From NCBI GenBank assembly GCA_030390025.1, contig CM059431.1, positions 151,530,001-151,594,000 of the forward strand: a stretch of 64,000 nucleotides of DNA, read 5' to 3'. Source of the stretch: Squalus acanthias. Lineage: Eukaryota. The notes beneath the pieces were generated by a model that did no database searches, was not told the DNA's origin, and saw nothing but the letters and a program-made list of their open reading frames with translations. This document shows positions 27,346 to 39,281 of the stretch, piece after piece. Position numbers and translations under genes: made by a program. Every line of letters begins with the position of its first letter. Position 1 is the stretch's first letter.

Positions 27346-28912
27346 ATCATGCAAGGTGTGTTTGTGGTTTCACGGTGTATCAGGATCCAACCAGGTCTGT
27401 ATTGGGTTTCACAGAGTATCTTGACCCTTCCAGGTGTGCATGGGATTTCACAAATTATCAGGATCCTGCCAGGTGTGTATGGGGTTTCACAGTGTATCAG
27501 GATCCTGCCAGGTGTGTTTGGAGTTTCACGGTGTATCACGATCCCGCCAGGAGTGTACGGGCTTTCACAGTGTATCAGGATACTGCCAGGTGTGTTTGGG
27601 GTTTCACGGTTTATCACGATCCCGCCAGGAGTGTACGGGCTTTCACTGTGTATCAGGATCCTGTCAGGTGTGTATGGGGTTTCTCAGTGTATCAGGAACC
27701 TGACAGGTTTGTTTGGGGTTTCACGGTGTATCAGGATCCCGCCAGGAGTGTACGGGTTTTCACAGTGTATTAGGTTCCTGCCATCTGTGTACGGGGTTTC
27801 ACAGTGTATCAGGATCCTGTCATGTTTGTATAATATTTTACAGTGTATCAGAATCCTGCAAGGTGTGTTTGGGGTTTCACAGTGTATCAGTATCCTGCAA
27901 GGTGTGTCTGGCGTTTCACAGTGTGTCAGGTTCCTACCAGTTGTGTATAGGGTTTCACAGTTTATCATGATCTAGCTAGGAGTGTTAGGGATGTTCATAG
28001 TGTATCAGGATCCTGCCAAGTGTGCATTGGGTTTCTCAATATAACAGGATCCTACCAGGTGTGATTGGGGTTTCACAGTGTATCAGGTTCCTACCAGGTG
28101 TTTTGGGGGTTTAAAAATGAATAAGGAACCTGCCAAGTGTGTAATTGGTTTCACAGTGTATCAGGATCATGCATGGTTTGTATGGGGTTTCACAAGGTAT
28201 CAGGATCCGGCCACGTGTGTTTGGGCTTTCGCAATATATCAGGATCCTGGAAGGTGGGTTTGGGGTTTCACATTGTATTAGGTTCCTGCCAGGTGTGTAT
28301 GATGTTTCATAGTAAATCAGATTTGTATGAGTTTTCACAGTGTATCAGGATGCTCCCAGTTGTGTGTGGGCTTTCACAGTGTATCAGGATCCTGCCAGGT
28401 GTGTTTGGGGTTTCACGGTGTATCAGGATCCCGCCAGGGTGGTACGGGCTTTCACTGTGTACTAGTATCCTGCCAGGTGTTTATGGGTTTTCACAGTGTA
28501 TTAGGTTCCTGCCAGGTGTGTATGGGTTTTCACAGTGTATTAGGTTCCTGACAGGTGTGTGTGGGGTTTCACAGTTTTTCAGGATCCTGCCAGGTTTGTA
28601 TCACATTTTTCAGTGTATCAGGATCCTGCCAGTGTGTACGGGGTTTCACTGTGTTTCAAGATACTACCAGGTGTGTCTGGCGATTAACAGTGTTTCAGGA
28701 TCCTGCAATGTGTGTATAGGGTTTCACAGTGTATCAGAATCCTGCCATGTATGCATGGGGATTTACAGTGTATCAGAATCTTTCCAGGTGTTTATGTGGC
28801 TTTACAGTGTATCAGGATCCTGCCATATGTGTTTGAGGTTCTACAGCGTATGAGGATCCTGCCAGGTATGTATCGGATTTCACAGTATTTGAGGATCCTG
28901 GAAGGTGCATAT

Positions 28913-29268
28913 GGGGTCTTGACAGGGTGGATGTGGAGAGGATATTTCCTCTTGTGGGAGAATCTAGAATTAGGGGGTCACTGTTTAAAAATAAGGGACC
29001 GCCCATTTAAGACAGAGATGAGGAGAATGTGTTTTCTCACAGAGGGTCGTGAGTCTTTGGAACTCCCTTCCTCAGAGAGTGGTGGAAGCAAAGTCTTTGA
29101 ATACTTTTAAGGCTTTAGTAGATGGATTCTTGATAAGAAAGGGGTGAAAAGTTATTGGGGGTAGGCGGGAAGGTGGAGTAATCAGATCAGCAATGATCTT
29201 ATTGAATGGCTGAGAAGGATCGAGGGGCCGAGGGGCCTACTTCTGCTCCAAATTCGTATGTTTGTATA
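28913..29268 (+). mobile_element. CR1 3' fragment
   Basis: Homologous to the 3' end of the 26086-27345 element. Marks the right edge of the satellite. Confidence 0.85.
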
Positions 29269-29664
29269 TAAGTATTGGAATAATCGGGTCTAAAGGTGAC
29301 AAAGGTACGGAGGAGGGTTTCAGCAGCAGTTGGGCTTAGATGAGAGTGAAGACGGTAAATGGTATGGAGGTGGAAATGCGTTATTTTTGTGATGAAGAGG
29401 ATATGGGGTCAAATGCTCAGTTCGAGAGCAAATAGGCCATCGAGATTGTAGGCAGCTTGGTTAAGCCTCAGAAAGTGGTTGTGAAGGGGAATTAAATGAA
29501 GTGGTGAGGAGTTCCTTCTGCACTGTCCCATCAAACACTCGCAGGGCAGGTACAGCACGGTGTATTCTTACCGGAGGTTCTATGAATTTTAGGCCGTGAG
29601 TTTCACTCTCTGTGTACACAGGAGTGAAGGATTACATCAAACAAAGGTTATAAATTAGTTTCGA

Positions 29665-30157
29665 ATGGATGACTAGACTGATTCCTGGCGTGAGGGGGTT
29701 GTCTCATGAGGAGAGATAGAGTAGACTAGGCCTATATTCTCTCGAGACAAGAAGAATGAGATGTGAGCTCCTTGAAACATACAAAATTCATACAGGGCTT
29801 GACAGCGTAGATGCAGGGAGTATGTTTCCCCTGGCTGGGGAGTCTAAAACCAGGGGTAACAGACTCAGGGTAAGGGATCAGCAATTTAAGATGAGATGAG
29901 GAGAAATGTCTTCACTCAGAGGGTGGTGAATCTTTTGAATTCTCTACCCCAGAGGGCTATGGAGGCTCAGTCGTTGAGTATATTCAAGACAGAGATCGAT
30001 AGATTTTTGGATATTAAGGGAATTAAGGAATATGGGGATAGTGCAGGAAAGTGGAGATGAGGTAAAAGATCAGTCATCATCTTATTGAATGTTCGAGCAG
30101 TCTCGAGGGTAGAAATGGCCCACTCGTGCTCCTATTTCTTATGTTCTTATGTTCTTA
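29665..30157 (+). mobile_element. CR1 3' fragment
   Basis: Degenerate RT C-terminus, 3' UTR and (TTCTTATG)n tail. Confidence 0.85.
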
Positions 30158-30477
30158 CTTAGTGTAGGCCTTTTTCTTTAGTTTCAGTTTTTTCTGTATT
30201 TCTTTATTCAAACATAGTGTGTCATTACAGGCTGGTTTGTTCTTGCTCTTTATTGGGGTATAATTCTTCTTGGACTCCATTGAACGGCGTTTTAAATGTT
30301 CTCTTTCTTTGCTTGTCAGAACATTTCCGAGTTTATTTTCCCTAGTTCCATTCTGATGCGCTTAAAATCAGATTTGTTTCCCAATTCATTACTTCGATCT
30401 TTGGCTTACTTATATCCTTCTCAATCTTTATCATAAACCTTATTGTGTTGCGAACGCTATTACCTGCTTTGTCTTGG

Positions 30478-30945
30478 GTGGAAGCTCAACACCATCCAGG
30501 ACAAAGCAGCCCGCTTGATTGGCACCCCATCCACCAACTTAAACATTCACTCCCTCCAGCACCACCGTACCGTGTCTGCAGTGTGCGCCATCTACAAGAT
30601 GCACTGCAGCAACTCGCCAAGGCTTCGGCGGCAGCACCTCCCAAACGCACGACCTCTTCCACCTAGAAGGACAAGGCCAGCAGGTGCATGGGTACAGCAC
30701 CAGCTCCAATTGCCCCTCCAAGTCACACATCATCCTGACTTGGAAGTATATCGCCGATCCTTCATCGTCGCTAGGTCAAAATGCTGGAACTCCCTACCGA
30801 ACTGCAGAGTGGGAGTACCTTCACCACACGGACTGCAGCAGTTGAAGAAAACGGTCCAACATCACCTTCTCAAGGGCAATTTGGGATTGACAATAAATGC
30901 TGGCCTCGCCAGCGAAGCCCACATCTCATAAAGAAATGAAAAATA
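30478..30945 (+). mobile_element. LINE family B (CR1/L2 group) 3' fragment
   Basis: Encodes TIQDKAARLIGTPS...WNSLP. Homologous to 55105-55890 and 42330-43200; A-rich end. Confidence 0.85.
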
Positions 30946-32164
30946 AATAGATATTCTGCTGTACTTACTTCCCTTATCTGTTCTGGCCCATTTCGTATTG
31001 CTAGATCCAGCGGTGCTCCCTCTCTTGTTCGAATTTGTACATACTGAGTGAAAGCAATATAAATCCTGCCGTGCAGTTTCATTAGGATGTTACCAGGGAT
31101 GTGAAGTAACTGTTACAGAGACGGTTTTGAGACCTTTGGGCTCATTCCACTAGAAGTTATCAGATTACGTGAGAAATTGCTGCACGTCTTTGGATTCTGC
31201 AGAGCTATGATCAAATATACATTTACAGTTTCCACTGATCGACCAGAGAGCAAATACGAAGGCTAATTCGAAGCATTGTAGGATAGAGTGTACCTGTAAG
31301 ATTTAGAAAATATTGTTAAGATTTTGGAACCATTATTAAATCACTATAATATGTGAAAGTGTACGTTAAAAAAGTAAAAAGCCTGCATAAAATGGCGAAT
31401 GGCTGAGAAGCAAAGCAGGATGGGAATTATGGCAACCTGACTAAATTCTGTTAGAAATTGATGTAATTCTGTAAAATGGTCTGTTAAGTAAACAAGGAGA
31501 TAGTGGGCATCAAGTATTTCAGCAACATTGCAAAATAAGATAGGGGGCTGGAGAGAGTCACCACTCCCTGTCTTCTCAAAAATGCAGAACCGGCTAAAGA
31601 ATGAGCTGATTAAAAAGCAAAAGGACATCTGTGAGAATTTATTGTGAAGGTTGTTCTCAGATAAGGATGGATTGCTTACTAACTGCCACGTAGGCAAAAG
31701 GAAGAAAAGGGGGATAAAAAATACAGATACTGAACACCGAAGCAGCGCGAGACCAGAGGAGGAAGAAGCTTCAGTCAACAGAACTCAGCAAGAGAATAAA
31801 GAGACCGCGCCACAGTCACGCAGAAGGAACACCGGGGTTCAATGAACAGACTGCGACTATCTTCTTGATAACTATTACTTCTTTGTACTGGATGTTAAAT
31901 GCTTAATAAACCTGTTTTACGGATACAGAATATACCTGTACCCAGAGTGGTTTGTGTCGTCACGGACAAATTATTCTAAAGAGATTTTGAAAGCTAGAGC
32001 GTTCGGGGTGAATTTGAATAAATGTATCTATGCACGAGGTGGTAAGAAAGCATAATTTAGTCCCTTTAACCATTATCAAAGCAAGTCGATTTTTTTTGTT
32101 TCCAACGTTGCTTCTATTGTTGCATGGATGAAAAGGAAACCAAAAATATGAGTGTGAACAAAAG

Positions 32165-32481
32165 ATTGGACCTGGAGTATGTGGGACATTAACCCTAATG
32201 GGGAGTGATCAGAAGGTTAGTATACATTCGATGGGATTTTGAAGGGTATCAAGTGAACAGGAAATTGGGATTAGATTCGGTGGGATATTAACGGTAATAG
32301 GTAGTGAGCAGTGGGTTGGGATCGTACTAATTGGATATTAATTCTAATGGGTAGTGAATGGAGGTTGAGATTACACTAATGGGATTTTAACGGTAATGCA
32401 CAGTTAACTGGAGGTTGGGATTAAACTAGGTGGGGTTTTAATAGTAATGGGCAATGAGTGGAAATTTGAGATTAGACTAGG
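32165..32481. repeat. Degenerate ~50-bp minisatellite (about 6 copies)
   Basis: GGTTG(G/A)GAT anchors at 32314, 32363 and 32413, with recurring GGGAT(A/T)TTAACGGTAATG. Confidence 0.7.
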
Positions 32482-32829
32482 TCGTCTAGATTTTCAAATT
32501 GGGCAGGTGGTAGCCGATCAACCGTCCATTATACACCCTGCCCGCTTTAAATTTCCCTTTACTTCCGTTCTATTAAAGGTAACTGAGAAACTTTATAAGC
32601 TGCTTAAGACAATTTCATAAATTGCGTTCCTGGGCAGTGACTCACTTTGCAAATTTTACCGCCCATACTGCACCTCCGCCAAAGTTGTAATTGACTGCCA
32701 ATATTTAATTGGGGAGAAGCAAAGATCTGCACTGCATCGATTTTTCGATCCTCACATTTGATTTTGGTTAGTTTCCCTGCTTGGGTCTCACACATTTTAA
32801 CCTTTTTAACATTTTTGTCTTTGTTCTTG

Positions 32830-33060
32830 AAATGCTTCTCTTTACTCTGCAGATGATTAACTGAATTTCCTTTCCTCTAACTCCTGCCTGTTGCCTCTGG
32901 TCTCTCCTTTTCCCAGTCACACTAAAATTGACCTCCTTTGTTTTCAGTCCACTTAAGAGTTGTACCCGAACCGTTCACTTGTCCTTTGTTCAGATACTGA
33001 CGGATCCGTTGGGAATTTTCAACTCTCCGTACCATTGTTTCAGATTCACAATATTTGCTG
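32830..33060 (+). mobile_element. Old Penelope-like 3' terminus fragment
   Basis: Pyrimidine-rich tract followed by sequence resembling 44020-44130. Ribozyme core decayed. Confidence 0.45.
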
Positions 33061-33187
33061 TTTAATTCACTTCTTTTCTAATTGGCCTGTTTCTCTACGG
33101 TAACATTCTATGATTCAACGATCTGATTTTCTGTCAGTTCTGTGATGTTTAAATAATCCAAACTCCTTCTGTGTCCCTCCCACTCAC

Positions 33188-33354
33188 CCGATGTTCTTTT
33201 CCATTCAAATGCCTCGCGTATGTTAACAATGAGCTGACTCCGTCCACCCCTCCTTCAATCGCCTGTTCCAGTCTGTCCCGGTAGAATTTCGTCAACTGGA
33301 ACAGCTGGTAATCGTCGCACTTTGTCAACAACTCAGTGATTGTGGAGTTCGGAT
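33188..33354 (-). CDS. Isolated exon encoding part of a death-fold (CARD-like) N-terminal domain typical of fish/shark NACHT-LRR (NLR) proteins; may be a pseudogene remnant
   Basis: Acceptor tgttcacAG, donor GTGAGT, open frame (D)PNSTITELLTKCDDYQLFQLTKFYRDRLEQAIEGGVDGVSSLLTYARHLNGKEHR. Family assignment is from memory of shark NLR-like proteins, not a search. Confidence 0.6.
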
Positions 33355-34044
33355 CTGTGAACACAATTTGAGAAAACTAAACACATTATCCACTTTCTAC
33401 CTGGCTGTTATACTTCATCTTACAACAAACGGCTGACACATCCTGTGAGCCATATTATCAGACACCTTCTGAAAACCCAATATATATACAGCACATGTGC
33501 GAGAATCCATCGATCCATATAAACAGGCCCAACAAAGTTGTGTCAAAATGTTCAAACACTACTTGTCTGCAGCTAATCCGGTCCAGACTTACCTCTGCGT
33601 TCCCTGTATCTCTAAATGCTCATTCATTCGACCTGGAATTACAGATTCAACGAGATTGACCGAGACTATTTGGTCTCTACGTACGCCGGAGCAGCTACAG
33701 CACAGACCAGAACAACAGATCGCAACTATAACTGAGTGCATCGTGAACAGAGCGCAAAGTTGTGCTTTTGGTAAGTGGTGGGAAATCGGTGCAGAGGGGA
33801 GAAGGGGGTGCTTCTTTTTTACTATAACATTTGTCGTGCTTTGTGAAAGCTTGAGGCCATAAGTATTTTTTTTAAATTGAGCGCTTGAGTCCAACTAGTG
33901 TGTAAAAATACCTTAAAACAGATTAAGTTAATTATCTATGAATAAATATAAATAGAGGTGTAAATTAGAAACTAGGAATCTGTAACTAATACTTTATTAA
34001 ATTAATAATTTAAACTAGTTACATTAATGAGTTTAAAATCTAAC

Positions 34045-34975
34045 AATAGAGTCATAGAGTGATAACGGCACAGAAGGAGGCCATTAGGCCCATCGAGTCC
34101 GTGCCGGCTCTCTGTAGAGCAATCCAGTTAGTCCCATCCCACCGCTCTATCTGCGTAGCCCTGCGAGTTTATTTCCCTCAAGTGCATATCCAGTCTCCCC
34201 TTGAAATTATTGAGTGTCTCCACTTCCACCACTTCCCTCGGAAGCGAGTTCCAGGTCCTCACCACTGACTGCGTAAAACAATTTTCCTCACATTCCCCCC
34301 TGTATCTCTTGCCCAACACCTTAAATCTGTGTCCCCTAGTCCTTGCACCATCAACAAGTGGGAAAAGCCTTTCCCCGTCTAGCTTATCCAAACCGGTCAT
34401 AATCTTGTACAATCTATCATATCACCCCTCAACTTCCTTTGCTCTAATGAAAACAAGTCCAGCTTCTCTAACCTGTCCTTGTAGCTAACATTCCCTATCC
34501 CCGGAACCATTCTGGAAAATCTCCTCTGCATCCTTCCTAACGTGTGGTGACCAGAACTGGTAGCAATACTCCAACTGTGGCCTAACCTGCACTTTATAAA
34601 GATTCAGCATAACTTCTCTACTTTTGTACTCAATACCTCTATTTATGAAGCCCACTCTCGCAATATCTCCTGCCACCTTCACGGACCTATGCATATTAAC
34701 TCCCATGTCCCTCTGTTCCTGCACACTGTGGCATTAAGGGTATATTAAAACTGTGGTATTAAGGGTATATTGCCTCTTCCTGTTCCTTCTGCCAAAATGC
34801 ATCACCTCACACTTCTCTGTATTAAATTCCATCTGCCACTTCTCTGCCCATTCTGCTCGCCTTTCTATGTCCTATTGCAGACGATTTGTTTCATCATCAC
34901 TGCTTGTCACACCCCCAAGTTTGGAGTCATCAGCAAATTGAGAAATTCTACTCTGTATTCCAATATCCACATCAA
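34045..34975 (-). mobile_element. CR1 3' fragment
   Basis: Minus-strand ORFs 34128-34412 and 34485-34724 (YKIMTGLD, WNSLP, VRPQLEYC). Confidence 0.92.
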
Positions 34976-34977
34976 TT

Positions 34978-36800
34978 ATATATATCAGGATTCTGCCTGG
35001 TGTGTATGGGGTTTCACAGTGTATCAGGATTCTGAAGGTGTGTATGGGACTTCACAGTGTATCAGGATCCTGCCGGGTTTGTATGTGCTTTCACAGTGTA
35101 TCAGGATCCTGCAAGGTGTGTATGGAATTTCACAGTGAATCGGGAGCATGCCAGGTTTGTTTTGGAATGTCACAGTGTATCAGGATCCTGCCGGGTGAGT
35201 ATAGGATTTTACAGTGTCCCATGGTATTGCCAGATGTGTATGGGGTTTCGCAGAGTATCAGGATCCTGTCAGGTGTGTATGTGGTTTCACTGTGTATCAG
35301 GATCCTGCCAGGTGTGTATGGTGTTTCACGGAGCATCAGAATCATACCTGGTATGTTTGGGGTTTCTCAGTGTATCAGGGTCCTGCCAGGTTTGTATTGG
35401 GTTTCACATTGTATCAGATTCCTTCCAGGTGCATTTAGGGTTTCACAGTGTATCTGGAAACTGCCCGTTTTTTACTGGGTTTCGCAGTGTATCAGGATCC
35501 TGCCATGTGTGTATGGGGTTTTTCACTGTCTCAGTCTCCTTCCAGCTGTGTATGTGGCTTCACTGTGTATCAGGATCCTGCCAGAAGTGTATGTTGTTTC
35601 ACGGAGTATCAGGATCCTGCCAGGTCTGTAGTGGGTTTCACAGTGTATCAATATCCTATAAGGTGTGTATGGGGTTTCACCGTTTTTCGTTTGCCTGCCA
35701 GATGTATATGGTGTTTCACAGTGTATCAGGACCCTGACAGCTGTGTATGGGGTTAAACAGTGTATCAGGATGATGCCAGGTGTGTATGGGATTTTCATAG
35801 TGTATCAGGATTCTGTCAGGTGTGTATGGGGTTTCGCTGTGTATGAGGATGCTATAAGGTATTTTTGGGGTTTCAAAGTGTTTCAGCATCCTGCCATGTT
35901 TTAATGATTTTACACTGCGTCAGGATCCTGCCAGGTGTATTTGGGGCTTTACATTGTAGCCGGAACTTGCTACGTGTGTATGGCGTTTCACAGTGAATCA
36001 GGATCCTTCCAGGTGTGTTTGGGTTTTTACAGTGTTGCCGGAAACTGCAAGGTGTGTAAGGGTTCCACAGTGTATCAGGATCCTGCAATGTGTGTATGGG
36101 GTTTCGCAGTGTATCAGAATCATGCCACGTGAATTTGGGGTTTCACAGTGTTTCAGGATCCTGCCATGTTTTAACGATGTTACAGTTTGCCAGGATCCTG
36201 CCAGGTGTGTTTGGGGCTTTACCTTGTAGCCGGAATCTGCAAGTTGTTGTATGGGTTCCACAGTGCATCAGGATTCTGCAATTTGTGGTTGGGGTTTCAC
36301 AGTGTATCAGAATCGTTCCAGGTGTGTTTGGGGTTTCACATTGTATTAGGAACCTGCCAGATGTGTATGGGGTTTATCACTGTAACAGGATCTAGCCAGG
36401 TGTGTTTTGGATTTTCATAGTGTGTCAGGATCCTCCAAGGTGTGTATGGTGTATCAAAGTATATCGGGATCCTGCCAGGCGTATATGGGATTTTCACAGA
36501 ATATTATGATCCTGCCAGTTGTGTATGGGGGATCACAGTGTATCAATATCCTGTGAGGTTTGTATGCAGTTTCACAGTGTATCAGGATCCTGCCAATTGT
36601 GTTTTGTGGTTTCACAATGAATCAGGATTCTGCCAGTTGTTTCTGGTGTTTCACAGAATATCAGGATTCTGACAAGTGTTTATAATTTTCACACTGTATA
36701 AGTGTCCTGCCTTGTTTGTATGGGGTTTCACAATGTATCAGGATCTAGCCAGGGGTGTATGGGATTTTCATAGTGTATCAGGATTCTGCCAGGTGTGTAT
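34978..36800 (+). repeat. Second block of the 39-bp satellite
   Basis: Same monomer and orientation as 1-28900. Confidence 0.95.
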
Positions 36801-38640
36801 GGCGATGGTAATGCCATTGAATTTCAAGGGGAGGTGGTTAGACTCTCGCTTTTTGGAGATAGTCTTTGCCTGGCACTTCAGTGGCGCGAATGTTACCTGC
36901 CACTCATCAACCCAAGCCTGAACGTCGTCCAGGTCTTGCTGCATGCAGGCATGGACTGCTCCATTATCTGAGGAGTTGTGAATGACGCTGAACACTGTGC
37001 AGTCATCAGCGAACATCCTCACTTCTAACCTTATGTTGGACTGAAGTTCATTGATGAAGCAGCTGAAGGTGGTTGGGCGTAGGACACTACGCTGAGGAAC
37101 TCCTGCAGCGATGTCCTGGTGCTGTGAAGATTGAACTTCAACCACCACAACCATCTTCCTTGTGCTAGGTATGTCTCCAGTCAGGGAAGAGTTATCCCCC
37201 TGATTCCAATTGACTTCAGTTTTACTGAGGGTACTTGATGCCAGACTCTGTAAAATGCTGCCTTGATGCCAAGGGCAGTCACTCTCACCTCACCTCTGTA
37301 ATTCAGCTCCTTTGTCCATTTTTGGTCAAAGGCTGTAATGAGGTCGGGAGCCGAGTGGTCTTGGCGGAACCCAAACTGGGCATCAGCGAGCAGGTTATTG
37401 GTGAGTAAGTGCCGCTTGATAGCACAGTCGATGACAGCTTCCATCACTTGATTGAGAGTAGACTGATGGGGCGGTAATTGGCCGGGTTGGATTTGTACTG
37501 CTTTTTGTGGACAGGACATACCTGGGCAGTTTTCCACATTTTCGGATAGATGCCACTGTTGTAGCTGTACTGGAACAGCTTGGCTAGTGGCGTGGCAAGT
37601 TCTGGAGCACAAGGCTTCAGCACGATAGCCGGGATGTTGTCGGGGCCCATAGCGTTTGTTGTATCCAGTGAGCTCAGCCGTTTCTTGATAACACGTGGAG
37701 TGAATCGAATTTGCTGAAGACTTGCTTCTGTGATGGTGGGGACCTCGGGAGTAGGCCGATATGGATCATCCACTCTGCACTTCTGGCTGAATCTGTTTGT
37801 AAACGCTTCAGCCTTGTCTTTTGCACTCACATGCTGGGCTCCACCATCATTGAGGATGGGGATATTCTTGGAACCTCCTCCTCCCGTTAGTTGTCTAATG
37901 GTCCATCACCATTCACGAATGGATGTGGCAGTGCTGCAGGTCTTTGATCTGTTCCGTTGATTGTGGGATAGCCTAGCGCTGTCTATAGCATGCTGCTTTC
38001 CGCTTTTTAGCATGCATGTAGTCCTGATTTGCAGCTTCGCAAGGATGGCACCTCATTTTTTGTTAAGCCTGGTGCTGCTCCTGGCAAGCTCTTCTATACT
38101 CGTTGTTGAACCAGGGTTGGACCTTTGGCTTGCTGGTAATGGTAGATTGATGGATATGCCGGGCCATGAGGTTACATGTTGTGGTGGAATAAAGTTCTGC
38201 TGCTGCTGATGGCCCACAGCGCCTCCTGGATGCCAAGTTTAGAGCTGCTAGATATGTTCTGTATCTCACCCATTTAGCACGGTGTTAGTGCCACACAACA
38301 CGCTGGAGGGTGTCCTCAGCGTGAAGACGGGACTTGGTCTCCACAATGACTGTGCGGTGGTCACTGCTGCCAATGCTGTCATGGAAAGATGCATCTGCGA
38401 CAGGTAGACAAGAAGAAGGTGAGGACGAGGTCTAATAGTTTTTTCCCTCGTGTTGGTTCACTCACTACCTGTCGCAGGCCCAGACTGGCAGTTATGTACT
38501 TCAGGACTCGGCCAGCTCGGTGTTACCGAGCCACTCTTGCTGGAGGACATCCAGGTCCCCCACCCATAGTACATTCTGTGCCCTTGCTACTCTCAGTGCT
38601 TCTTCCAAGTTGTATACAACATGGAGGAGTATTGATTCGT
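36801..38640 (-). mobile_element. LINE family B fragment (endonuclease C-terminus to RT), degenerate
   Basis: Minus ORFs contain AMGPDNIP, NYRPISLL, QFGFRQ, GVPQ and FADD. Confidence 0.9.
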
Positions 38641-38659
38641 CCAGTTTCATTCTTAATAT

Positions 38660-39009
38660 TTTGTTTCGTAGCACTTAGTTACAACTGAGTGACTTGCTAG
38701 GCCATTTCAGAGGGCAGTTAAGATTTAACCACATTGCTGTGGGTCTGGAGTCACATATATGCCAGACCAGGTAAGGACGGCAGATTTCTTTTTCTAAAGG
38801 ACATTAGTGAACCAGATGGGTTTGTACGACAATCCGATAGTTACATGGGCACCATTACTGATGCTATCTCTTTATTCCAGGTTTATTTAATTAACTGAAT
38901 TTAAATTCCCCAGCTGCCGTGGTGGAATTTGAACTCACGGTTTCTGGATCATTAGTCCAGGCCTACTGGATTACTAGCCCAGTTACATTACAACTACGCT
39001 ACCGTTCCC
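38660..39009 (-). mobile_element. tRNA-derived head segment (Pol III A/B boxes), SINE or LINE 5' end
   Basis: Minus strand starts GGGAACGG-TAGCGTAGTTGT (A-box-like, 39001-38990) and contains GTTCAAATTC (B-box-like, 38934-38925). Confidence 0.65.
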
Positions 39010-39014
39010 AGTAT

Positions 39015-39157
39015 GCCTGATAATTGATAGGACACGCTTGAAAATTAATTTGACATGCATGATAATTGGAAATGCAGGCTTGTTAATTGATAATACACGA
39101 TTAATAGTTGATAATAAACGCTTGTGAATTGATAGGACACGCTTGAAAATTGATAAT
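39015..39157. repeat. 21-bp minisatellite (TTGATAATTGATAGGACACGC), left part
   Basis: Tandem units that resume at 42019 after the Penelope insertion. Confidence 0.88.
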
Positions 39158-39244
39158 GATGAGGAGATGCCGGTGTTGGACTGGGCTGGACAAATGCGAG
39201 AAGTAGCACAACACCAGGTTATAGTCCAACAGCTTTATTTGAAA

Positions 39245-39281
39245 TCACAAGCTTTCGGAGCGCTGCTCCTTCGTCAGGTGA
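39245..39281 (-). ncRNA. Minimal hammerhead ribozyme motif in pLTR
   Basis: UCAC-CUGACGA-A-GGAGC-AGC-GCUCC-GAA-AGCU-U-GUGA, with perfect stems I and II. Confidence 0.8.

Larger units (their letters stand above)
1..28900 (+). repeat. 39-bp tandem satellite, main array (diverged monomers; interrupted by TE insertions)
   Basis: Recurrent monomer GGGGTTTCACAGTGTATCAGGATCCTGCCAGGTGTGTAT (39 nt). ORF track shows 13-aa periodicity in all three forward frames (YQDPARCVWGFTV / CIRILPGVYGVSQ / SVSGSCQVCMGFH). The monomer contains the palindrome CAGGATCCTG (BamHI site). Confidence 0.97.

Noticed and set aside
27333..27968. Minus-strand repeat IHCETPYT resembling the C2H2 linker HTGEKPY
   Set aside because: The period is 13 aa rather than 28 and there is no CxxC...HxxxH spacing; the resemblance is likely chance.
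1..28900. Numerous Cys-rich 13-aa-repeat ORFs that could be read as a repeat protein gene
   Set aside because: The 39-bp consensus is stop-free in all three forward frames. Stops and frameshifts are scattered with no preferred frame, and TEs insert freely, so these are satellite artefacts.
1..28900. CRISPR-like appearance (palindromic repeat at regular spacing)
   Set aside because: The intervening sequences are homologous to one another rather than unique spacers, there are no cas genes, and the context is vertebrate.
31350..31970. Possible solo LTR (TG...CA, AATAAA near 31905)
   Set aside because: No convincing TSD or second copy in the window, so it cannot be supported.
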